A program made the translations under genes and the position numbers. A DNA stretch of 32,000 bases from Crocosphaera subtropica ATCC 51142 (GTDB lineage Bacteria; Cyanobacteriota; Cyanobacteriia; Cyanobacteriales; Microcystaceae), in assembly GCF_000017845.1 (NCBI RefSeq), contig NC_010546.1, positions 1,560,001-1,592,000 on the forward strand, in the 5' to 3' direction. Below the pieces are notes generated by a model that was not told the DNA's origin, made no database searches, and saw nothing but the letters and a program-made list of their open reading frames with translations. Shown here piece after piece: positions 1 to 7,750 of this stretch (within the stretch, counting starts at the first letter, position 1; each line of letters opens with the position of its first letter).

Positions 1-29
1 GAGTAATCTTCTTTCTCCCTCTGCCTTCT
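1..29. repeat. CT-rich 29-nt motif (GAGTAATCTTCTTTCTCCCTCTGCCTTCT), second copy at 13570-13598
   Basis: Direct alignment by eye gives 26 of 29 identical positions with 13570-13598. A GA-rich tract at 99-131 is a loose inverted partner. Confidence 0.4.
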
Positions 30-197
30 CAAGATGATTGTCTACTATCTAAAGCGGATCTAGTATAAGTACCTGGACAAACAAAACGTTACTGGTTGAG
101 TGAGGGAGCGGAGGGGTGGGGAGAAGAGTTCCGGCTTAGTTACATTTCTTAAGATAGTTAATTTTATTTATGTCCGACCACTTAGGAGCGATCCAAA

Positions 198-1514
198 ATG
201 AAACGATCATCGGTGGCAATTAGACAAAAGCTTTTAATTCTCGTTAGTTTAGTGCTTCTAGTCGGACTGTTTTTAGTTTCATCCCTTGGAGCGATGAAAA
301 ATCGAAGAGGAGAACAGATCACCATCGCTCAAAATGAAATTATTGACGACGATCTATATGTGTTTGGTGCGATGGTAACAATCGACGGTACGGTAAGAGG
401 GGATGTTATTGGAGCGGGTCGGCAAATTACCGTTAATGGCACGGTTGAAGGGGATCTCGTTGCTGCAGGTCAGGCCATAGTGATCAACGGCACCGTCAAT
501 GACGACGCACGAATTGCGGGTCAGGTTTTGCAGATAGGCACTAATGCTCGCATTGCTGATGATCTCGTGGCAGCTGGTGGCAGTTTCGAGAGCAAAACCG
601 GTAGCACGATCGCCGGAGATTTGTCATTTGCAGCGGCGCAAGCACGGTTAATGGGAACGGTACAGCAGCAGGTGAAAGGGACAATGGCTGCTCTGGAACT
701 AGGGGGTACGGTCGGTCAAAATATGAATGTTACTATAGGTAGCGATCGCCCTTTAGTCGATCCTCCCTTCACTCCACCCTCTCCTGTTGCCATTCCAGTC
801 GTCGCAACCGGGTTAACTATTACTGACTTCGCTCAAATTGGAGGCGAGTTAAACTACCGCTCTGGCAGTGAAGCAACCATCAGTTCGGCTGCCCAAATTG
901 CAGGAGGAGTTAATCGAGAGGGGATCAAACCTGCAACCGCTAGACATACAGTTGAACCTGCTTTAGTGGTATGGGGAAACGTGCAACGTTGGATTACATT
1001 GTTCTTGGTTGGCGTATTGGGATTGTGGCTGGTTCCAGGTTGGATTCAACAGCTAGGCACCACGGTTCAGGCTAAACCCTTACCTAGCCTCGGTTGGGGA
1101 ATAGTGACGGGTTTGATTGTTGGGACTTTGGCGATCGCCGTTCCCGTGATAACCATTATCCTGACAGCTATTTTAGGCTCCTTCCTCTGGAATCTAGTGC
1201 CGTTAATTATGGGTGTTGGACTGTTAACCAATTCAATCTTGGTGATTGGTTTCTTGTTATTTATCAGTTATGTGCCTCCTATTGTTGTTAGTTTTCTGGG
1301 GGGACAATGGTTATTGCACTCCGTTAAGGGCAATGGGTTCTCGAAGCGGATTGTTAAACTTGCTGTTGGCCTACTAATATTCGTATTCCTAAGTGCCATT
1401 CCTCTGTTGGGGGGATTAATTTATCTGATTGTCATCCTGCTTGGTTTAGGCTCACTCTGGATTTTGCTGCAAAACCGTTCCCCATCCAGTCTCAATTATA
1501 GAGAAAATTATTGA
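198..1514 (+). CDS. Membrane-anchored polymer-forming (bactofilin/CcmA-like repeat) protein
   Basis: 438-aa ORF with ATG at 198 and TAGGAG about 8 nt upstream. It has an N-terminal TM helix followed by repeated G.V.GD(V/L).(A)AG..I.(V/I)NGTV units typical of bactofilin-type beta-helix proteins. The C-terminal ~170 aa contain several hydrophobic helices. Confidence 0.8.
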   Translation: MKRSSVAIRQKLLILVSLVLLVGLFLVSSLGAMKNRRGEQITIAQNEIIDDDLYVFGAMVTIDGTVRGDVIGAGRQITVNGTVEGDLVAAGQAIVINGTVNDDARIAGQVLQIGTNARIADDLVAAGGSFESKTGSTIAGDLSFAAAQARLMGTVQQQVKGTMAALELGGTVGQNMNVTIGSDRPLVDPPFTPPSPVAIPVVATGLTITDFAQIGGELNYRSGSEATISSAAQIAGGVNREGIKPATARHTVEPALVVWGNVQRWITLFLVGVLGLWLVPGWIQQLGTTVQAKPLPSLGWGIVTGLIVGTLAIAVPVITIILTAILGSFLWNLVPLIMGVGLLTNSILVIGFLLFISYVPPIVVSFLGGQWLLHSVKGNGFSKRIVKLAVGLLIFVFLSAIPLLGGLIYLIVILLGLGSLWILLQNRSPSSLNYRENY

Positions 1515-1531
1515 AATCAAGGAGACTAACT

Positions 1532-1891
1532 ATGATTGAATACCGAAACAATCCTGACAACAACATTGTGGAAATTAGCGTCGCAGGAAAAATTACCGAA
1601 CAAGACCTTGATCAGATTGTCTCTCGCTTAAAAACTGATATTGAGAAACATGACAAACTGAGAATTCTTGAAGAAATTCGCAGCTTTGATGGCATTGATC
1701 CCATCGCCCTTTGGAAAGATGTGCGATTTGGGTTTGGCTACATCAATAATTTTACCCATGCGGCTGTTGTCGCTGATGCCAAGTGGATGCGAACCTTTGC
1801 CGAAGCAGTGGGCAGCATTTTGTCTGCGGAGGTGAAAGCCTTTGAAACTTCAGAAATAGAAACTGCCAGAATGTGGCTTTCTAAATCATAA
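1532..1891 (+). CDS. STAS/SpoIIAA-like (SEC14-type) domain protein
   Basis: The ORF track starts at TTG 1511. I prefer ATG 1532, which has GGAG 7 nt upstream. The ~119-aa product resembles the small STAS-fold family (IVEISVAGKITEQDLDQIV ... HAAVVADAKWMR). Confidence 0.7.
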   Translation: MIEYRNNPDNNIVEISVAGKITEQDLDQIVSRLKTDIEKHDKLRILEEIRSFDGIDPIALWKDVRFGFGYINNFTHAAVVADAKWMRTFAEAVGSILSAEVKAFETSEIETARMWLSKS

Positions 1892-1922
1892 ACGGTTGAT
1901 TATTCACAAGAAGGTAATAAAG

Positions 1923-2117
1923 ATGACGAATCTACAAGTAAAAAAAGTAATAGGAAAGAAATTTACTTTAAATGAGAAGGTTATTAAGACATTTCAAGAA
2001 GAATTACGGGGTGAACTTGTTCAACCTAATGATACAGATGCAGCCTATGAAGAGTTGCGTAAAGTCTATAATGCCATGATTGATCGGCATCCTGGTTTAA
2101 TTGTTCGTTATTGTTAA
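1923..2117 (+). pseudogene. N-terminal relic of an FAD-linked (BBE/GlcD-type) oxidoreductase gene
   Basis: The 64-aa reading frame LRGELVQPNDTDAAYEELRKVYNAMIDRHPGLIVRYC matches the conserved N-terminal leader of ~450-aa FAD-binding oxidases (xGxLxxPxDxxYxxARxVWNxxIDRRPxxIxRC). It stops just before the FAD-binding domain would begin, and no continuation is seen downstream. Confidence 0.4.
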
Positions 2118-2254
2118 CAATTTGATTTGATAGCTAAGTATTAATTTTCCTAGCTTTGAGCTTTTCAACTCCTGCCTCTAACGCAACTAGGATTGAGTTG
2201 GTAAAAAGTGAGCATGAATATTATCGTAGTTCCAAGAATTTTATCTAGATTATT

Positions 2255-2995
2255 TTAATTATCAACAACAAAATTCCTTTTATTATCATCATTTTCCTCT
2301 AATAAAACTTTAGCAACATCAGGAAAATGAACCTTCATACATTCGTTACAAATACCATGAGTAAACTCGACATCTGAATGTTGCTCAATAAACTTTTCAA
2401 CCGTTGACCAATAACCCTGATCGTTACGAATACCCTTACAATAAGAACAAATGGGAATTAAACCCTCCATTATCTTAATTTTATCTAAGGCGGTGGCTAA
2501 CTGAGAAGATACCCGTCTTAACTCTAACTGTATCATAACTTGACGTGCGAGAGCCTCTAAAGCATTTTTTTGCGACTCCGATAAATCTCTAGGTTTACGA
2601 TCAATAACACAAAGGGTTCCCAGGGGTTGCTTGTTGGGAGTCAATAAAGGAATCCCTGCATAAAAACGAATATAAGGATCAACTTTAACTAATGGATTAT
2701 CCTTAAAACGTTCATCTAAAAAAGTGTCCTTGACAAGCATCATTTCTTGACTCAAAATACACTGGGAACAGAATGAAATATCACGAGGCGTTTGAGCCAC
2801 ATTTAAACCCACTTTGGACTTAAACCATTGACGTTCTGCATCAACAAAAGTAATTAAAGCAATGGGAACATCGCAGATAAATGTTGCTAAACGGGTAATA
2901 TCATCGTAAGCTTGCTCAGAAGGTGTATCTAAAATATTATATTGTTTGAGAGCTTCTAATCGCTCTGTTTCTTGAGTAGGGGTTTTGATTTTCAT
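2255..2995 (-). CDS. GAF-domain sensor protein with C-terminal CxxC-x29-CxxC module
   Basis: 246-aa ORF. The N-terminal part (ERLEALKQYNILDTP...DAERQWFKSKVGL...FYAGIPL) is typical of GAF domains. The C-terminal ICSYCKGIRNDQGYW...HGICNEC is a four-Cys motif. Confidence 0.85.
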   Translation of the reverse strand: MKIKTPTQETERLEALKQYNILDTPSEQAYDDITRLATFICDVPIALITFVDAERQWFKSKVGLNVAQTPRDISFCSQCILSQEMMLVKDTFLDERFKDNPLVKVDPYIRFYAGIPLLTPNKQPLGTLCVIDRKPRDLSESQKNALEALARQVMIQLELRRVSSQLATALDKIKIMEGLIPICSYCKGIRNDQGYWSTVEKFIEQHSDVEFTHGICNECMKVHFPDVAKVLLEENDDNKRNFVVDN

Positions 2996-3205
2996 GGCCT
3001 TAAAAGAGGACTTATTCCCTATGCTGTTTATAAATATTGTAAGAACATCTCATTGAGAAAATCTGTTACAGTCAGTAGTGCTTAACAATAATTAAGAGGA
3101 TAACTCGCCCTAGAAGAGAGGTCATCGATTGATGAATCCAATAAGCTATAGTTATCCGTAGTTTAAAATAAACTAATCATAAAGTCCCAATTTTAGCAGT
3201 TCTGA

Positions 3206-4591
3206 ATGTTACCTGAGTCAACCCTAAACCAACTGAAAAGCGCACTTCCAGACGGTCAATTGCCCCCTAGTTACGGGGTTTACTTCAAAAATACCCTGGT
3301 TGCCCTTTGTCACGCCTTAGAAGACCATATTCTTAAAAGTACCCCCGATGATGATCCCCAACAACATCCCCTAGTCTTAGTGACGTTTCAACAAGGAAAA
3401 TGGTACTTACAAGAAGCTGATCGCTATTATGATATTGCCCAATGTTCTCGTCACATTGCGATCGCAGCCGTAGCCGAAAGTGGGTTTGACAGCCATAAAA
3501 CAGGAAAATTAGACAATGTTTCCTTAGTCCATCTTAATCAAGATGATCCCCTCATTGAAGAGTGGAATTTAATCATTTTAGCCCCAGGCTACGCAGCTAT
3601 GGTACTCTGTCGGGAACTGTCCCCCGAAGACTACCGCGCCGATACCCAACCCCAAACAGACACTGAACGAAAATTTTATGGACTTTGGACTTTTGATCGT
3701 CTTCCCGTTGAAGAGTCGGCTAAAATTTTAATCGAGGGAATGCGGTCTTATAACCCAGAATTAGCTGATCAATTAAGCAAAATGCAACAAGCGATCGCAG
3801 AAACTCCCCAAGATGTCACTATCGATCTTACCGGAGTCGTTTCTCGTATCGTCACTTACTTACAAACCTCTCAGCAACAGTTAGTGACCATTAACCGTCA
3901 AACTAGAGAACTGGTAGACTTAGAAGGGCAGGCCCGAAAATTAAACCGAAACTTGGCCGCTAGTAAGTTACAAGCCTTTCTCCGCATGGCCCAACGGGTG
4001 GATGAAAAAGACAAAGATAACCCCCTCGCTTCCTTGCAAGTATCAGCCCTCGCAGAAACCATCGGACAGTTGTTGGACTTACCCACACTGCAACTAAGAC
4101 GGTTACGCTTAGCCGGGTTATTGTATCGCATTGGCCTCGCAGAAGCCCCCAAAGAAGTGTTTACCCATACCCCCGATCAACTAAATGATTCGAGTTACGC
4201 TTTTTGGAGAGATAGGGCAATGTTAGGATCTCAGTTATTAGCCACTATGCCGGAATTAAAAGCTATTAAAGACATCGTAAGACACCAGTTGGAACATTGG
4301 GACGGAAGCGGTAAACCCAATGGCTTAAAAGGGGAAGAAAACAGCATCGAAGCAAGGATATTAGGCTTAGTTGCCTACTTCCAAGAATTAACCCAACCTA
4401 GAGGCGATCGCCCTGCTCTAAGTTTAGGGGAAGCCTTAGAAAAATGTCAATCTTATCAAGGAAGTTGGTTCGATCCCACCTTGGTTGATACCCTAGCCAA
4501 TATTATTAGATTAGTGGAAATGGGTTTAATGGCATTACCTGATCGTCCCAGTCAACTGCCGGCTATTTGGTTAGAAGAAGCAACAAAATGA
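3206..4591 (+). CDS. DICT-like sensory domain fused to a degenerate HD-GYP domain
   Basis: 461-aa ORF. The N-terminal half resembles the DICT domain. The C-terminal half aligns to the HD-GYP signature (HWDGSGKPNGLKG..I..EARI), but the HD dyad position reads YR (LLYRIGL) and GYP reads GKP. Confidence 0.75.
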   Translation: MLPESTLNQLKSALPDGQLPPSYGVYFKNTLVALCHALEDHILKSTPDDDPQQHPLVLVTFQQGKWYLQEADRYYDIAQCSRHIAIAAVAESGFDSHKTGKLDNVSLVHLNQDDPLIEEWNLIILAPGYAAMVLCRELSPEDYRADTQPQTDTERKFYGLWTFDRLPVEESAKILIEGMRSYNPELADQLSKMQQAIAETPQDVTIDLTGVVSRIVTYLQTSQQQLVTINRQTRELVDLEGQARKLNRNLAASKLQAFLRMAQRVDEKDKDNPLASLQVSALAETIGQLLDLPTLQLRRLRLAGLLYRIGLAEAPKEVFTHTPDQLNDSSYAFWRDRAMLGSQLLATMPELKAIKDIVRHQLEHWDGSGKPNGLKGEENSIEARILGLVAYFQELTQPRGDRPALSLGEALEKCQSYQGSWFDPTLVDTLANIIRLVEMGLMALPDRPSQLPAIWLEEATK

Positions 4592-4600
4592 AGTCATTTA

Positions 4601-4632
4601 GAGTTCGGAGTTCAGGGTTCGGAGTTCGGAGT
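4601..4632. repeat. Tandem heptamer repeat, GAGTTCG family (4.5 units)
   Basis: The units GAGTTCG GAGTTCA GGGTTCG GAGTTCG GAGT lie directly after the stop of the DICT/HD-GYP gene. The same family occurs inverted at 18163-18190. Confidence 0.85.
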
Positions 4633-4729
4633 AAATACACCCTTAACAGGTAGGACGTGAAACCTTGGATTTCTTACTCACAATTCTATCTTTTTTTAGT
4701 TAAAGAACATTAATTTACAATAAATTCTC

Positions 4730-5281
4730 ATGGGTCAAACTATCAATTTAGCGGATATTCGTAACGGAAAAATTAAAGATTTAGCAGGACTAGATTTTTC
4801 GAGAATGGACTTATCCGGGGCAGATTTAACCGGGGCAAATTTATCAGGGGCAACCCTACGAACGAACCTACGAGGGGCAGATTTAACCGGAGCAAATTTA
4901 TCCGATGCAGACTGTCGCAATGCTGATTTAAGAGGGGCTATCTTAGCAGATATTCAAGGCAAAAATGTGAGTTTAGCCGGAGCATTTTTAGCCGGTTCTG
5001 TGTTAAGTCATTTAGATTTAACGGGGGTGGATCTTCGTGGTTGTGATCTGCGAGGGGCAACCTTAACAGGGACGATTTTACAACAAGCAGATTTAAGTAA
5101 TACCAACCTATCGGGGGCTGATTTATCTCAAGCTGATCTCGAAGAAGCTATTCTTAATGGTGCCATTTTAAGAGGGACTAATTTAACCTCTGCTAACCTA
5201 TTATGCGCTCAAATCGAACAAGCTATCATAGAAGGTACATTATTAACTAATACTTGTGTGGAAGGGACTTCTTTAGATTAA
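4730..5281 (+). CDS. Pentapeptide repeat protein
   Basis: 183-aa ORF composed almost entirely of A(D/N)LxG-type pentapeptides (GADLTGANLSGATL...). Confidence 0.9.
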   Translation: MGQTINLADIRNGKIKDLAGLDFSRMDLSGADLTGANLSGATLRTNLRGADLTGANLSDADCRNADLRGAILADIQGKNVSLAGAFLAGSVLSHLDLTGVDLRGCDLRGATLTGTILQQADLSNTNLSGADLSQADLEEAILNGAILRGTNLTSANLLCAQIEQAIIEGTLLTNTCVEGTSLD

Positions 5282-6189
5282 GAAATGTGCATGGTTCCTT
5301 GCGTTACTAAAACAGAAGCTCCACCAACACAAATCTTATTGATTTTCTCCTCTATTTTTTCGATTGTTACCTCTAGAAAACTGGGTCTTCTCATCTCAAA
5401 ACCTTGTTCAATTCGCCAGTTAAATTGTCCATTTTTTTCGGTTTCACGGATGCCTAAATATCCCCCAAAGGCAGTGGCAGCAGAACCTGTGGCCGGATCT
5501 TCTGTCACTCCTAGCCCTGGGGCGAACATTCTTGCCCTAATATTTGATCCTTCATTTTCTGGATCGAAACAGAAAACATACAATGAAGAAGCCCAAGCAT
5601 TTCCTAATAATTGTTGCCAGCGATCGCTATTTAATTTTATTCGTTTTAATGCGTCTCTACTATGCAGAGGAACAAACAAAAAAGGCAACCCACAAGAAAC
5701 GGCTTGAGGAATATAATTATCGTTTCTAAAGTCTTCTGGTTTTAAGCTTAAAATTGATCCTAATTCTTCTATTGATGGGGTTTCATCTGAAAATTCTGGT
5801 AATTGAGGGGAGGTTAATTCTGTATAAATAGGTTGTTGATTTTTGAATTTAATTGTAATGAGAACTAAGCCCACTCCTTCCTCAAAAATAATCTTATAAT
5901 CATCATTTTTATCGATGGAGTCATCAGTCAGTCCTAAAATATAAGCTGCCCCTAATGTGGGATGTCCAGCGAAAGGTAATTCTTGAGAGGGGGTAAAAAT
6001 ACGCAACTTTTTAGTAGCATTTTGAACAGTAGAATGGAAGATAAAAACTGTTTCTGAAAAGTTAAATTCTGCTGCTATTTTTTGCATGATTTCAGTCGAT
6101 AATCCTTCTGCATTAGGAAAGACTGCGAGTTGATTACCGCCGAACATCGTATTAGTAAAAACATCAACCGTATAGAATGAATAAGCCAT
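5278..6189 (-). CDS. PhzF-family epimerase/isomerase-like protein
   Basis: 303-aa ORF. The N-terminus FYTVDVFTNTMFGGNQLAVF and the ...NFSETVF, HPTLG and DPATGSA motifs are characteristic of the PhzF/YddE family. Confidence 0.85.
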   Translation of the reverse strand: MAYSFYTVDVFTNTMFGGNQLAVFPNAEGLSTEIMQKIAAEFNFSETVFIFHSTVQNATKKLRIFTPSQELPFAGHPTLGAAYILGLTDDSIDKNDDYKIIFEEGVGLVLITIKFKNQQPIYTELTSPQLPEFSDETPSIEELGSILSLKPEDFRNDNYIPQAVSCGLPFLFVPLHSRDALKRIKLNSDRWQQLLGNAWASSLYVFCFDPENEGSNIRARMFAPGLGVTEDPATGSAATAFGGYLGIRETEKNGQFNWRIEQGFEMRRPSFLEVTIEKIEEKINKICVGGASVLVTQGTMHIS

Positions 6190-6208
6190 AATAATTAAAT
6201 TCTGTAGG

Positions 6209-6269
6209 GTGGGTTAGACGGCTATAATCTAGGTTATCACAAGAATATTATAATACGTCGTAACCCACC
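6209..6269. repeat. Inverted repeat with GGTGGGTTA core (possible trm1 terminator or small palindromic element)
   Basis: GGTGGGTTAGACG (6209-6220) pairs with CGTCGTAACCCACC (6256-6269) with one bulge and a ~35-nt spacer. It lies between the trm1 stop and the phzF-like start. Confidence 0.4.
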
Positions 6270-6315
6270 ATTTTAGTATATAGCTTGGGGAAAGTTTGAA
6301 CAGAATACTTTAAAA

Positions 6316-7470
6316 CTAATCATTAATTTTGCCTACCTTACTATTATTGATTAATTTTTCCGAAATTTCAATACACTGTTTCAAACTAGCGTTGGTTTTA
6401 ATTGCTTGGGAATTAATATGAGTATTAGTCGCTTGAAAACCATCGTTTTCTAATGCTTCGATAAGTTGCGATCTCTTGGGAATATCTAATTTTCCACGTC
6501 TTCCAATTTCTCCTAAGGTATAAAAATAAGGAGGAAAGTTTGACTCATGGATCATAATTGATAATAAATCACTTACAGTTGACCATTTTAAACTGATTGC
6601 TAAGTTTTTCATGGTTTTTAAATACTCTTTATTATGTAGATTACCTAACCACATTGCTCCTGAAATGGTATAATTATAATATTTATTTTCTTGTTGATGA
6701 TAACAGTTTACTTTGCCTAACTGTTTATAAGAAATAGTTGTATATTCTCCGCAATGATGACAATAACCCAAAAAACCATAGTTATCTAAACTTAGATTAA
6801 TTTTAGGTAATAAACGTAACATAACTCGATAAGTTGACCCACTAAAATAAGCAAAAATTGGCTCAATTCCTAACCCCATCGTTGCTGCTTCTTGTAAACT
6901 ACTACCTATAATTAATCGTAATACTTGTTCTTGGGCTGCAGGATGAGATCGACCATAAGATCCATAATTTTGTAAGCAGTTTTCGGGTAAATGTCCGGTT
7001 CCTGTCCGTCCATCGGTACAAGTTACATAGATTAAACCGTTTATTTTTGTCGCCCATAATACGGTACTTAAATAAGGATTAGGAGAACCGAAAGCATCCA
7101 CATCTACGAAATCATAGTAATCTTTATTATTAAAACATTCAAAAAAGATATTATTGGCATTTTTATAGGTTATTTTACCTTTATTTTTTTGTAAAATAAA
7201 ACCTAAATTGTATTCAATCACGGCTTTATTTTCAGGGTTACTATCATTAGACCAAATAAAGTCCGCATCGCTTTCTAAATAATAACGAATAGAACGAACA
7301 CCACACCCTGTCATTGCATCTAAAACCCGTAACCTTCCTTGTTCACTTTTATAAATTTTTGCTGCTAATACCCCTAAATCTCTGGTTATTTTACTTTGGG
7401 AACGATAGAAAGTATTTCCTAGTGTAAAATTGGCTGTTTCTTCACAGATTAAAGATTCATCATTCATCAA
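6316..7470 (-). CDS. trm1: tRNA (guanine-N2,N2)-dimethyltransferase, Trm1 family
   Basis: 384-aa ORF with Trm1 hallmarks: FYRSQSKITRDLGV, VLDAMTGCGVRSIRYYLE, NDSNPE, VDVDAFGSPNPYL, and a C-terminal Cys/His cluster (CHHCGE...C.H). Confidence 0.8.
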   Translation of the reverse strand: MMNDESLICEETANFTLGNTFYRSQSKITRDLGVLAAKIYKSEQGRLRVLDAMTGCGVRSIRYYLESDADFIWSNDSNPENKAVIEYNLGFILQKNKGKITYKNANNIFFECFNNKDYYDFVDVDAFGSPNPYLSTVLWATKINGLIYVTCTDGRTGTGHLPENCLQNYGSYGRSHPAAQEQVLRLIIGSSLQEAATMGLGIEPIFAYFSGSTYRVMLRLLPKINLSLDNYGFLGYCHHCGEYTTISYKQLGKVNCYHQQENKYYNYTISGAMWLGNLHNKEYLKTMKNLAISLKWSTVSDLLSIMIHESNFPPYFYTLGEIGRRGKLDIPKRSQLIEALENDGFQATNTHINSQAIKTNASLKQCIEISEKLINNSKVGKIND

Positions 7471-7750
7471 ACAATCTCATTAATTAATACTTAAACATGA
7501 TTATTTTAGACTAGAACTTAAAGCCTTCTCTAAATAAGTGTTAAAATCTAATTTATTGATAATGTTCAATTCATCCAGAATACGAGTATTACAACTAAGT
7601 GAGTTTTGCTAACTAACTGATTGTCTAAATAATGACGTAAAATAATTAAAGCACCATTAGGATGTTCAAATACTTTTTGATTACCTTCTGTAGACAGAAG
7701 AGATGGCATTGGTTCATTAAACCATAATTCTACTTATTATACTATATTGT

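Noticed and set aside
4740-5275. Apparent 15-nt periodic DNA repetition
   Set aside because: It is a consequence of the pentapeptide-repeat protein coding sequence, not an independent DNA repeat element.
5278-5281. Convergent genes share overlapping stop codons (TTAA)
   Set aside because: The overlap is real but a trivial compaction feature, and no functional claim is justified.
5285-5707. 140-aa plus-strand ORF (with 5544-5729) antisense to the PhzF-like gene. Similar shadow ORFs occur at 1094-1291, 3898-4152, 4735-4920, 7995-8183, 10230-10415, 10775-11032, 13266-13448, 14189-14404, 14734-14994, 15184-15555, 17230-17484, 23683-24297, 24739-24987, 26261-27602, 28396-28605, 30314-30514, 30923-31114 and 31585-31803.
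   Set aside because: Each lies entirely inside a longer ORF that has clear family motifs. They have low-complexity or odd composition and no start context. These are typical antisense or alternate-frame shadows.
7566-7709. 47-aa minus-strand ORF (MPSLLSTEGNQKVFEHPNGALIILRHYLDNQ...) in the trm1-kinase spacer
   Set aside because: It looks protein-like, but it is short, has no SD, and I cannot place it in a family. It could be a gene fragment, and the evidence is insufficient.
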